Part shown: piece by piece, positions 10,401 through 18,742 of the stretch
Numbering within the stretch: the first letter of the stretch is position 1
Layout: each line of letters starts with the position of its first letter
Virus record (IMG/VR): IMGVR_UViG_2522572155_000001
Location: 88,576-152,575 of that record
DNA length: 64,000 nucleotides
Strand: one strand, 5' to 3'
Origin: a virus
Lineage: Duplodnaviria > Caudoviricetes
Position numbers and translations under genes: made by a program
Notes under the pieces: model-generated
Told to the model about the DNA's origin: nothing
The model's database searches: none
The model's input: only the letters and a program-made list of their open reading frames with translations

Positions 10401-10845
10401 GTACCAGGCGGGCGCCTTCGACAACTACACCGACCGCGACGTAACCCTGCTTGAAAAGCAGAAGCTGGAGAAGGAACTGCTCAGCGTGATCCTCTCCGAC
10501 GACTGCGCGCGCGTCTTCGCCCGGAACGGCGACGAGATCGACGCCTACCTACGGGGCGACGAGCCGGAGGATGGTTACCTGCTCCTCGAAGACCAGCCCG
10601 AGGCGGGATTGCAGGTATCCGTGCCCGGCGTCATCAGTGCAATCGAAGAGAAGACGACTAAGAGAGATGGCAAGGCGATGGGCATCGTGACCATCGAATG
10701 GGAGGGTCACGAGTGCGAGTTCGTCGTCTTCCCCAACGACTGGCGATCGTATCGGTTTCTCTGGAACGAGCGTACGCCGGGTTGCTTCACCGTACGTAAG
10801 ACCGAACGCGGCGTCAGCTTCGTGGACGCCATCAAGCTCGACTAG
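7480..10845 (+). CDS. dnaE: DNA polymerase III alpha subunit
   Basis: PHP motifs HNHTEYS, TDHG and DAH; GPGRGSAAGS; PDIDQD; HPSGVVVS; DLLGLRNL; LYQEQII; FAKYSFNKAHA; C-terminal OB fold. Confidence 0.97.
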   Translation: MIAPLHNHTEYSALDGLATPLEIAQRCQCIGCTAVGITDHGTVAGHLEFDKVMRAHDLKPIFGVELYHGLKYGNVEWAKNERDNGHFIVGAMTDEGLRNVWRMVDAASHPDNYRYVGRVTFPILRKFREGVFATSACIASPIGQAIMKEKNDPYALLNQYLEVFGDNFYIELHTYPGEEHEYLNSCLVQMGQEKGVPFVYATDAHFASPEQYETHDAYVAMTSGDSIYTSPEDRKMWHPQVLYIQTEEEIRANLSYLPESVVDEAIANSALIAEKCNARLPGVKRHLAPFFPSECPWLTKDDKRREMSAAELFLELVAVGITERYGLDNDEAWDRAYRECEVFLSADTGLTGGLTHYFLQAWDMCEFCNATNIQRGPGRGSAAGSIVAYALGITDVDPLHYGLIFERFWNAGRAKGFPDIDQDFPKADRKKVRDYLKDRWGHDRVRTIGTITRLKPKAACDKTWKVAEVTWEEKEALKKIIDGVPDIDILGPDSIGWAAESDPGKTIYVMRSVGQEIIEWVTSLEDDRQGVVLRWIELVEAACSRVSGYGVHPSGVVVSDVDLCDELPCMYNRSQEERVTCFPMGDVDKRMFVKHDLLGLRNLDTLSDWDDQIIAAFEGADEETRQDILKKMTVLQRLEKKHGIRWSGLDKLTHPIEMWQMLWAKLSRGVFQIEDGYAAWLAQELRPQSIEHLSALVALNRPGPIRSGAPDSFITRSRGGVDDEFDGRNIPILAENLGGTYGWFLYQEQIIRFFSDLGYDLGDADAVRKMLGKKSPEEMQRLIHGEGEWEGKGYLEVAGKLLGESLAKQIINIIADFAKYSFNKAHAVAYAIIAFRTLYAKYYYPAEFIMASIRTIGDDPKKAAKTAGFIGEGRRMGIAVLTPDVLESEADIAVKGSHIYFGLSNVKGVGKGAARYVRELSHLYDVTTPEALTDALEAEEGAWKEARDVAKESGTSFKKKSPKQTLRSNQIAALYQAGAFDNYTDRDVTLLEKQKLEKELLSVILSDDCARVFARNGDEIDAYLRGDEPEDGYLLLEDQPEAGLQVSVPGVISAIEEKTTKRDGKAMGIVTIEWEGHECEFVVFPNDWRSYRFLWNERTPGCFTVRKTERGVSFVDAIKLD

Positions 10846-10853
10846 GAACATAC

Positions 10854-11918
10854 ATGAACGATAAGAAGAAGGCGGCGGCGGTCAAGGAGGCCGCCCGCCT
10901 TACGCAGAAGTACGGTCACAAGGCCGCCGACGTAGCCAACGTGAGCTATGACTTCGGGGTAACATCCACGGGCGTACTGGCGCTTGACTACAAGCTCGGG
11001 ACCGGTGGATGGACGGAGGGCCATCCGCACATGATCTTCGGCCCGCGTGACATCGGCAAGTCGTCGTCGCTCGGCCTCGCATCCATCCGAGAGGCACAGC
11101 GAGTAGACAAGCTCTGCGGCATCATCGCGCTTGAGCCGGGCGTCGATGAGAAGTGGATGCGCAAGCATGGTGTAGACCCTGAAAGCGTGGTTGTCGCTCG
11201 CCCCAACACGGGGGAGGAGGCGTTCGAGATCGCGCTGGAGTGGTGCAACGACGACCTCATCGATCACATCATCTTCGACTCCATCGGGGCCGTCGTCACT
11301 GACGCCGAGCGAGACGCGGACGAACTGAAGTCACGCGTCGGCGGTCAATCAAAGCTAATCACAGACGGCGCCAAGCGGCTGCTCATGCCGATCTGGAAGA
11401 ACAAGAAGACGTTCATCTACCTCAACCAGGTACGCGACGTGATGCAGGGGAACGTTCAGGGCCTGGTGAAGCCGCCAGGCGGCAACGCCTTGGAGCACTC
11501 GTGCGCAACCATCCTCCAGATGAAGCCGGTCAACAATCGCTACACCGTAAAGATTGATGGCGAGGACGTGCAGATCGGTCGTACGGTGAGGGCCATTGCC
11601 ATCCGTAACAAGCTGGCCGAGGGCACTAACGCGAGGGCACAGTTCGACTTCTACGAGAAGGAGTGGCCGGGGTTCCCGTTCGGGATCGACGTAGCGGCGG
11701 ACGTGATCGCGACGGGCGTCATGACCGGTGTGATCGAGAAGGCGGGCGCGTGGTATCGCCATGGACTCTTCCCGGAGGGGCGACTACAGGGAAAGAAGGG
11801 GGTCGCGGAGTTCATCGCGGGTAACCCGGATGCCGTCCCGGAGATTCGCAAGGGCGTACTTCGGAAGATGCGCGATCTGACGCATGTGCCTGAGGCTGCC
11901 GAGAGCATGGACGAGTAA
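10854..11918 (+). CDS. recA: RecA-like recombinase
   Basis: STGVLALDYKLGTGG; Walker A variant GPRDIGKSS; IIFDSIGA; LNQVR; PGGNAL; GVIEKAGAWY. Confidence 0.92.
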   Translation: MNDKKKAAAVKEAARLTQKYGHKAADVANVSYDFGVTSTGVLALDYKLGTGGWTEGHPHMIFGPRDIGKSSSLGLASIREAQRVDKLCGIIALEPGVDEKWMRKHGVDPESVVVARPNTGEEAFEIALEWCNDDLIDHIIFDSIGAVVTDAERDADELKSRVGGQSKLITDGAKRLLMPIWKNKKTFIYLNQVRDVMQGNVQGLVKPPGGNALEHSCATILQMKPVNNRYTVKIDGEDVQIGRTVRAIAIRNKLAEGTNARAQFDFYEKEWPGFPFGIDVAADVIATGVMTGVIEKAGAWYRHGLFPEGRLQGKKGVAEFIAGNPDAVPEIRKGVLRKMRDLTHVPEAAESMDE

Positions 11919-11926
11919 GGCAAGAG

Positions 11927-12304
11927 ATGGCAACACGAGGTAGCTCCAAGGCACTCTCGGTCGAGCACGAGGAATGGATTGCCTCGCAATACGGAGGACG
12001 GCGTTCGCCGTCCTCCGGCGGGGCCGACAACGATCAGGGCGACGTGCGGACCGAGCACTACCTGATCGAGTGCAAGCTCACCGGTAGGCCGACCAAGCCC
12101 GCCAAGTCCACGATGCTGTCCACGTTCGAGAAGATCGCGGAGGAGGCTCACTCCGAGGGCCGCGAGCCGTTACTCGCCTACCGATTCTTCAGCCCTGGCT
12201 CGGTGCTCGCGAACTCACAGGGTTGGGTGGACCTCGTGGTCCGCCGCGTCGGAGACGACGTCGAGCTTGTCGACGCAGCGTGGCGCTACGGGGACCTGGC
12301 CTGA
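11927..12304 (+). CDS. Holliday junction resolvase, Hjc/phage PD-(D/E)XK type
   Basis: E.WIA..YGGRR.P.SGG...GDV...YLIECKLT. Confidence 0.65.
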   Translation: MATRGSSKALSVEHEEWIASQYGGRRSPSSGGADNDQGDVRTEHYLIECKLTGRPTKPAKSTMLSTFEKIAEEAHSEGREPLLAYRFFSPGSVLANSQGWVDLVVRRVGDDVELVDAAWRYGDLA

Positions 12305-13077
12305 TGGCGCTCAAGCTCGGCCCGCAGCGTGACTGGGTCAAGAACATCGCCCGCCAGTTCAAGGTGGTGCCCCACATCGAGCGCGCGATCGACACGTTGG
12401 GCGAATTCGAGTGGTCCGCCGAGTTCGGCGCGAAGGCCGGTGACGATGCCTGGCATCCCTCTGGAGACTGCACGCCCTCGCTGCTGGACCTCTACCTGAA
12501 GGCTACCGGCGAGGGGGAACACCGCCCGATCGGCGTGCCTCTCCGCAAGACGTTCCAGGTCGGCCACTTCTGGCACGCGTACCTCCAGGAGGTGATGGTA
12601 CGCGCCGAGATGGTCGAGCGCAGCAGTATCGAGCGTCGAGGGATGGTCGGATGGGGAGACCTGGCGCGGCGCCACTTCCAGCACGTCGGAGATGTTCCAT
12701 GGGCCGCTTGGCACTGGGTCACTGGCTCTATCGACGTAGCGAACTACGCCGTGCCGGGACATGGAGAGGCCGTCGTGGACTTCAAGACGATGAACTCCAT
12801 GGACTTCAAGAAGCAGGATGCTCCCACGTGGACGGCAGACAAGTGGGAGTGCCAGTTGAACATCTACATGGACTGGACCGACTCCGAGACCGCCTTCATC
12901 GTCTGCATTGATAAGGGGTCACCACACGAGTTCAAAGAGTTCACGTACGAACGCAACCAGCCACTCATTGACGCGCTCTACCAGAAGTGGGAACTCGTGG
13001 CTGAGTGCGTCATGGACGGTGTCCAGCCTCCTGCCGACGAAGAGTTCCCCCTACCCCTGCGAGGACACAACAAGTGA
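12304..13077 (+). CDS. Cas4/RecB-like PD-(D/E)XK exonuclease
   Basis: WHPS..C; FQVGH.WH; GSID; VVDFKT; QLNIYM. Confidence 0.75.
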   Translation: MALKLGPQRDWVKNIARQFKVVPHIERAIDTLGEFEWSAEFGAKAGDDAWHPSGDCTPSLLDLYLKATGEGEHRPIGVPLRKTFQVGHFWHAYLQEVMVRAEMVERSSIERRGMVGWGDLARRHFQHVGDVPWAAWHWVTGSIDVANYAVPGHGEAVVDFKTMNSMDFKKQDAPTWTADKWECQLNIYMDWTDSETAFIVCIDKGSPHEFKEFTYERNQPLIDALYQKWELVAECVMDGVQPPADEEFPLPLRGHNK

Positions 13078-13205
13078 TCGAATGCCCGGAGTGTGAAGGC
13101 GCTGGCCGCGACGAGGTCGGCCAAGCGTGCTACGTCTGCGATGGACTCGGAGAGGTGTGCAGCACCTGCGGCTTCACGGTCCTGTGTGAGTGCGATGTGA
13201 CGTGA
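13074..13205 (+). CDS. Small DnaJ-type zinc-finger protein (43 aa)
   Basis: CPECEGAG, CYVCDGLG, CSTCG, CEC; GTGA overlaps at both ends. Confidence 0.65.
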   Translation: MIECPECEGAGRDEVGQACYVCDGLGEVCSTCGFTVLCECDVT

Positions 13206-13741
13206 GAGTACTTGCCCTCGATCCGGGGGCGGCCCGTATGGGGTGGGCCGTGATCGAGGGAGGGAAGGGACAGCAGGCCACGTGGATCGCGTCAGGTATC
13301 GCAGGACTTGACCGTGAACGTGCCGATAATGAGAAGTATCAGCCGTACAGGTTGCGGCTGATCGAGTACTGGGCGCTCGCAAGCGGACCATTCCTCGACA
13401 CATACACGCCCGACTTTGTGGCCAACGAGATCATCCCGCCTGCTACAGGCCGAGCGTTCAAGTCGAACGGGGTTCAGGGTCAGTTGGCCGCAACGGCAAT
13501 CACCGCGCTTCACACGATGGCAGCGGCCCGAAACATCCAGATCAAGCAATTCGGCGCCACATCCATCAAGAAGGCAATCGCAGGTGACAGCGAGGCGACC
13601 AAGGTAGGCGTACGCAACGGCGTGTACGCCCTTATCCCCGAATTGAAGGACATGAAGCACCACCTGTGGACCAAGAAGGAATGGATGGACGAGAGCGATG
13701 CCTGCGCAACGGCTCTCGTGGCGCTGGGGTACAAGGCATGA
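13202..13741 (+). CDS. ruvC: RuvC-like Holliday junction resolvase
   Basis: VLALDPG...GWAVIE; PDFVANE; IKKAIAG...ATK; DESDA. Confidence 0.85.
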   Translation: MRVLALDPGAARMGWAVIEGGKGQQATWIASGIAGLDRERADNEKYQPYRLRLIEYWALASGPFLDTYTPDFVANEIIPPATGRAFKSNGVQGQLAATAITALHTMAAARNIQIKQFGATSIKKAIAGDSEATKVGVRNGVYALIPELKDMKHHLWTKKEWMDESDACATALVALGYKA

Positions 13742-14403
13742 CCAGGTTCGAAGTCACGGAACAGGACGTGTGGGTACCGCCGATCGGCAAGTTCACCGAG
13801 GGCAAGTGGAAGTCACAGCTTACGGGCAAGGAACGGCGGATCGTCAAGGCGGAACTGCTCAAGAAGGGCAAGCACGTCGAGCCCACGCCGCTCCATCGTG
13901 TGCTGCGTGAGGTGTATCGCCACTACCTGGAGTTCCGCGACGTAGTGAGCGCACCCACTGGCGGCTCTGCTGACGGAAAGTCGGCGTCGTCGGTGATCTC
14001 CGATAACGGCGTCATCGACTACGGTTACTGGCTCTATGACCTCGATGGCGAGACAACAACCGGCAAGGCGCACGTGACGCTCTCGTTCTGGGACCTCCAT
14101 CGGGGCCTCAGCACGCTGTCTGACCGTAAGCGGGAGGCCGTCTTTCACAACGTGATTCTGGACAAGCTCCAGCGCGAGGTTGCCGAGGAGATGGGCATCA
14201 CCACCGTCTCGGTTGGACAGTACGTGGATGCGGCGATGCGACAGCTAGCCGAGGACTACTTCTCAGAGGGAATGAAGATCGAATGTGGGGCTCCGCAGGC
14301 TACGACGTTGGAGGAAGTGGACTCTTCAGCGTCCGCTCGGGTTACGCGGCACTCATCAGACGCGAGGAAGCCTACAGCAAGCGTCACGGGAGTGACCTTG
14401 TGA
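13738..14403 (+). CDS. RNA polymerase sigma-like factor (sigma70 region-4 HTH)
   Basis: LSDRKREAV......KLQREVAEEMGITTVSVGQYVDAAMRQL. Confidence 0.7.
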   Translation: MTRFEVTEQDVWVPPIGKFTEGKWKSQLTGKERRIVKAELLKKGKHVEPTPLHRVLREVYRHYLEFRDVVSAPTGGSADGKSASSVISDNGVIDYGYWLYDLDGETTTGKAHVTLSFWDLHRGLSTLSDRKREAVFHNVILDKLQREVAEEMGITTVSVGQYVDAAMRQLAEDYFSEGMKIECGAPQATTLEEVDSSASARVTRHSSDARKPTASVTGVTL

Positions 14404-14870
14404 TGCGTCGCCGTCAGGATGTTGAGGTTCCGGAGACCCTAGAGCCCGGTACGCGGTACTCCTCTGCGGAGCTAGAGGCATATGCCGACAAGCTGCTGAA
14501 GGATCAAGCACGCACCGAGGTATGCGTGGATTGCGGCGAGCCCGGCCTAGACACGGGCGTCACCGAAGCGGTGCCGCAGGCAGTAACCGACACCGAGGGC
14601 AACGTTCTTGTGCTGGAGTTCGAGCAGGTTGCCTGCGCGAATGGCCACGAGTGGTGGAAGGGTGAAGGCAAGGCGCGCGGGATCGGTGGCGAGCATCCCA
14701 TCCTCTTCGAGGATCACCTCGCCTCGCGCCGTCGCCGGGAAATCTACACCGCGAACGGCACACCGGACCCCGAGATCGTGTCTGGCATCTACAACCGCAC
14801 ACATCCGCAGGGCCGAAAGGTCAACACAGAGGAGCAGCGCAAGAAGCACGGCGCCAGCTTCTTCCGGTGA
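14403..14870 (+). CDS. Hypothetical protein with Zn ribbon
   Basis: CVDC...C.NGHEWW; TGATG coupling. Confidence 0.65.
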   Translation: MRRRQDVEVPETLEPGTRYSSAELEAYADKLLKDQARTEVCVDCGEPGLDTGVTEAVPQAVTDTEGNVLVLEFEQVACANGHEWWKGEGKARGIGGEHPILFEDHLASRRRREIYTANGTPDPEIVSGIYNRTHPQGRKVNTEEQRKKHGASFFR

Positions 14871-14886
14871 AGGAGACGATCTCTGA

Positions 14887-15513
14887 ATGCCTGATTTCCG
14901 CAAGAGCGAGTCTGTCGGGGAGGCTCGTGACATCAAGAAGCACTCCGTGACCGCGAGGATCAATAACGATCTACCCGAGCACTACGAGGCGCGCTGCAAG
15001 GTGTGCACCTCGAAGTACCGTCACGCGATCGAGCGCATGATTGCGCTGGGCACGAACCATAGTGAGATCGAGCGCACGTTCGCAGGGGAGGTACCGCGTC
15101 GCTCCATCTCCAATCACGCCAGGGAGCATCTGTCCTACGAGCAGGCTGCGATCCGGGCGATCATCGAGCACGACGCAAAGCAGATCAACGCGAACTACGA
15201 GGAGGGCTTGAACGGGGCTCTCCGGCGTCACGCCTACCTGTCGGCTGGTCTCCAGAAGGCATGGGAAGACCTGATCGAAGGCAACGTCCGAATCGACCCC
15301 GCCGTGGCGATTCAGATGATCCAGCAGCTAGACAAGATGGAGAAGGAAACGTCGGTCGCCGCGACCGACGAGTTGTACTTCCAGTTCAACGCCTTCAAGA
15401 CGGCCGTCCAGCGCATCGTGCCGCGAGACATGTGGGAGGCAATCTTCGAGGAGACGCGCCGGATCGCCGCGCGCGCTGAAGATGTCGGCAGCGCGGAGCT
15501 TGAGGAGGGGTGA
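14887..15513 (+). CDS. Hypothetical Zn/HTH DNA-binding protein
   Basis: SD AAGGAG; CKVC followed by an HTH-like segment and H...H. Confidence 0.6.
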   Translation: MPDFRKSESVGEARDIKKHSVTARINNDLPEHYEARCKVCTSKYRHAIERMIALGTNHSEIERTFAGEVPRRSISNHAREHLSYEQAAIRAIIEHDAKQINANYEEGLNGALRRHAYLSAGLQKAWEDLIEGNVRIDPAVAIQMIQQLDKMEKETSVAATDELYFQFNAFKTAVQRIVPRDMWEAIFEETRRIAARAEDVGSAELEEG

Positions 15514-17480
15514 GCTACGCCCTCCTGGACGACGCCCTGATTGACGAGATCGCGTCCTCCAGCCCCGCCGACCGTGAATCGTGGCTCATCCTAGAGGCGC
15601 ACGAGCGGTACCTAGGCCATTGGGAGGTCAATAGCCTGGGCGACTTCTTCCGATTCGATCTCCGCGACATCATCGGGCCGCACCGGGTCGTGTCTCCGGC
15701 GAATCTGGAGGAGTTCCTCCGTGCCGCTGAGGAGCATGGGTACAGGGTGGCCTTCGGTGAGGACCCCGAGGCCGTCCTAGCCCCCTTTACGCGGCTCGCA
15801 GAGGCTGCTCCGGTCACGTTGACCTCAACGCTGCCGGGCACCGTCAACGGACTCCTGCCCTTCCAGGCGCGCGGGGTCAATTTCCTCCGCGACCTCCCTC
15901 GTGGTGGCGTAGCGCAGTGGTCCACTGGGACGGGCAAGTCCGTGGCACAGAGCGCCCTCCTGAAGTACCACCTGGAGCGGGGGAGCTTCGACGTGTGCTT
16001 GTCTCTCGCCAGGGCGCACAACAAGATCAACACGCAGCGCACCTACTACGCGCTGGCAGGGATCGAGTCCGTCATCCTGGACGGTACCCCGAAGCAGCGC
16101 GACAAGACCTATCTCGACATCAACCGGCAACTGGTCTCCGGGAACCCGGTCGTCGTCGTCACGAACTACGAGAAGTTCCGCGATGACTTCTGCTGGTTCG
16201 AGAGGTCGAAAAACAAGGAGTGGCTTGCGCGCTTCCATACTGACTTCTCTTTCCTGTTCGAGCGCAACCTCCTGTGCCTTTGGGACGAGATGCCCATGAA
16301 GCTCAAGACACGCACCACCAAGCTCTACAAGGCAGTACAGGCGTGTCTCTATGACGCCGCCTACCCCCGTTGGGACAAGAGACGCGCGGAGAGTCTGCGG
16401 CAGTATATGTTCTCCGCTACACCGATCGAGAACGACCCTGAGGACTGGTTCAACTGCGTGCGGCTAATCGACCCGGATTGCTACGGGACAGTAAAGGACT
16501 TCCGCGAGCGGTACGTCAAGCGCTACTCGTTCTTCGACAACAGCAAGCCGGAGGAGTGGCACAACCTGGACGACATGGAGCTACGGGCCGCCCACATCGT
16601 CCACCAGGTAGACAAGGAGCGCGATCCCGAGATCAGGGCACAGTTCCCGACGAAGGTCGAGGAAGTGAAGGTACTCGACTGGCACGAGCCCCACCGCAAG
16701 GTCTACGACAGGCTGTTGAGGCTCTCCAAGGAGTACGCCGAGGGGAGCGAAGATGACGAGGGCCAGAAGCTCAACATCCTCGGCGTCATCGGCGTCCTTC
16801 AGATGCTCTGCAACGCTCCGTCTGCTATCGGCCGGTCAGCGGCCCTTCGTGAGGTCTTTCTGGGCGCCGTAGAGGACGGCGACGAGGCAGCCAAGGCTCA
16901 GGGCTCGGAAGTCGCGCGCAGGCTTGTAGAAGACCTCGGAACGATCCCCACGGATGAGGGGCACACGAAGTTCGAGCAGCTACGCAACGACATCACGGTG
17001 CGGTTCAAGCGCCAGAAGGTCATCGTGTTCACGGCGGGCAACGAGACGATCATCCCCATCATCGAGCAGCACTTCCAAGAGTGGGGCGTCTCATACGTGC
17101 GTTACGACGGATCGCGTACGCAGATGCAGGAGGCCGAGGACAGCTTCAAAGGCGATCCGGACGTTCAGGTCTTCCTCTCCTCGGACAAGGGCTCGGACTC
17201 GATCTCGTTGGAATGCGCCGTAGCCACGATCAACTACGACGGCCCGTGGAAGTGGTCAACCCGCAAACAGCGAATCAACCGCAACGACCGAGTCACGACG
17301 CAGCACGAGACGCTTTGGGTAATCGACTACGTCATGGCCAACTCCGTCGAGGATCGCAAGCGCGCCGTGGTGGCGAAGAAGCAGGGATACCATCAGGCGG
17401 TGTTCGAGGGCGTGATCGCCAATCAGTCGTTGTCGGCGGGGATGAGCGGAGCCGACCTCCGCTACATTCTCTCGGGTTAG
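15510..17480 (+). CDS. SNF2-family helicase/ATPase
   Basis: LLPFQ; TGTGKS; VTNYE; WDE; SATPIENDPED; VFLSSDKG..SISL; QRINR. Confidence 0.85.
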   Translation: MSYALLDDALIDEIASSSPADRESWLILEAHERYLGHWEVNSLGDFFRFDLRDIIGPHRVVSPANLEEFLRAAEEHGYRVAFGEDPEAVLAPFTRLAEAAPVTLTSTLPGTVNGLLPFQARGVNFLRDLPRGGVAQWSTGTGKSVAQSALLKYHLERGSFDVCLSLARAHNKINTQRTYYALAGIESVILDGTPKQRDKTYLDINRQLVSGNPVVVVTNYEKFRDDFCWFERSKNKEWLARFHTDFSFLFERNLLCLWDEMPMKLKTRTTKLYKAVQACLYDAAYPRWDKRRAESLRQYMFSATPIENDPEDWFNCVRLIDPDCYGTVKDFRERYVKRYSFFDNSKPEEWHNLDDMELRAAHIVHQVDKERDPEIRAQFPTKVEEVKVLDWHEPHRKVYDRLLRLSKEYAEGSEDDEGQKLNILGVIGVLQMLCNAPSAIGRSAALREVFLGAVEDGDEAAKAQGSEVARRLVEDLGTIPTDEGHTKFEQLRNDITVRFKRQKVIVFTAGNETIIPIIEQHFQEWGVSYVRYDGSRTQMQEAEDSFKGDPDVQVFLSSDKGSDSISLECAVATINYDGPWKWSTRKQRINRNDRVTTQHETLWVIDYVMANSVEDRKRAVVAKKQGYHQAVFEGVIANQSLSAGMSGADLRYILSG

Positions 17481-18742
17481 GAGAGTACGTTGACCATATC
17501 GATGTACGTGTTGCCCTGGCCGCCGCTGAAGTACGCCTTCACCTGTGTAGCCAACGCGGGGGTTGCGAGAGAGGCACGTTGAGTCCACGTAGTGCCGTCC
17601 GGGCTCGTCTCGAAGTAGCTCGTGCCCCCGCTTTCGCGCAGCCGCAGCCACGCCATGCTGGTTGCGTTGTACGCGATGGAGCCGACCGGCGTCGAATTGA
17701 GCAGGAAGGAGAGCGTGCCGTCACTGTACTGGAAGAACAGGCCAGCGGCGGAATTTGTGGCACTCGTGATTCCTAGATCACAGGGGATCACGGCGTTGAT
17801 TGGCGGGCCAGAAAAGCCGCCGCTGGGCTGTACCTTGAGCGCTAGGGTGCTGTTGGTGAAGTCATAAGTCCGGACGGACATGAAGAAGCTATTCTTGTCA
17901 ATGACTGCGCGGCCAGCATCGATGAATGCGAGGCTCGCAGTCCACTGCGGACCGAAGGAACCGCTATTGAAGTTGTCCGCGAGGACGGCGATCGGCGCAA
18001 GCAGGACGGTCGCACTGGCAACAACGGTGCCAGTCGCGGAGAGGGTCGAGTCTCCGGGCTTGGTCGCCTGGAACCCGCCGCCGCTCAAGCTACCGGACGC
18101 GGAGAGTGCGGCCGACGCCAACTGCGCCGCCTGCGTGCCGCTGGCGGTGAGCGAGCCGGACGCGGACACGGACACGGACGCCCGTACGGTCGCCTGAATA
18201 CCCATCGCGGCGAGGGAACCGCTGGCGTCGAGCGGGAGGCTCGTCAGCTTGACCGGCAACGTCGGAGTGAGCGCCACCTCGCTGTTCCCAGACAGATTGA
18301 TGACACCGAACCGCGTGACCTGGGCCAGGCTCATGTAGTGACCCACAGTCACTACGTCCCCGAAGTTGTCGGTCGTCCTGAGGGTCACGCGCACGCCGGG
18401 GGATGCGGTTGTGAACACGTGAGCGACGGTCTGGCCGACCCCCTTCGTGCCGTCTCCAAAGTTCCATTCCCAGCGTACGATCGAGCGCGGCGGGCCAGGC
18501 GGTGGCAGGAAGGAACCCTCGAATGTGATGAGGGTATTTACCTGCGTGCTGAAGGTGCCAGTCGGAGTGCCGTCATCGTAGAAGAGAGGCGCAAGCTGAG
18601 GCGTCCAGCGGAAGTCGATCGCGACGGTCTGACGCGCCGCCGGAACCTTGCTCAGGTGGTCAACAGGGTTCTCGGGAGCGCGGAAGCGTCCCTGACCCAT
18701 GAAGGCGACGTTCTGGTCTGCGGTGACGATAATTGCGGGCAT
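17477..18742 (-). CDS. Tail/baseplate protein with PKD domain and C-terminal lectin-like beta-sandwich (candidate receptor-binding protein)
   Basis: WEWNFGDG...VAHVF PKD motif; ASGSL repeats; WLRLRESGGTSYFETSPDGTTW. Confidence 0.65.
   Translation of the reverse strand: MPAIIVTADQNVAFMGQGRFRAPENPVDHLSKVPAARQTVAIDFRWTPQLAPLFYDDGTPTGTFSTQVNTLITFEGSFLPPPGPPRSIVRWEWNFGDGTKGVGQTVAHVFTTASPGVRVTLRTTDNFGDVVTVGHYMSLAQVTRFGVINLSGNSEVALTPTLPVKLTSLPLDASGSLAAMGIQATVRASVSVSASGSLTASGTQAAQLASAALSASGSLSGGGFQATKPGDSTLSATGTVVASATVLLAPIAVLADNFNSGSFGPQWTASLAFIDAGRAVIDKNSFFMSVRTYDFTNSTLALKVQPSGGFSGPPINAVIPCDLGITSATNSAAGLFFQYSDGTLSFLLNSTPVGSIAYNATSMAWLRLRESGGTSYFETSPDGTTWTQRASLATPALATQVKAYFSGGQGNTYIDMVNVLS

Noticed and set aside
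7480-11918. Inteins or introns in dnaE or recA (also dnaB)
   Set aside because: Lengths are normal, motifs are contiguous, and no C...HN or LAGLIDADG signatures are seen
12304-13077. Cas4-like gene as a sign of a CRISPR-Cas system
   Set aside because: No repeat-spacer array or other cas genes seen; it lacks the C-terminal Cys cluster and sits in a recombination operon
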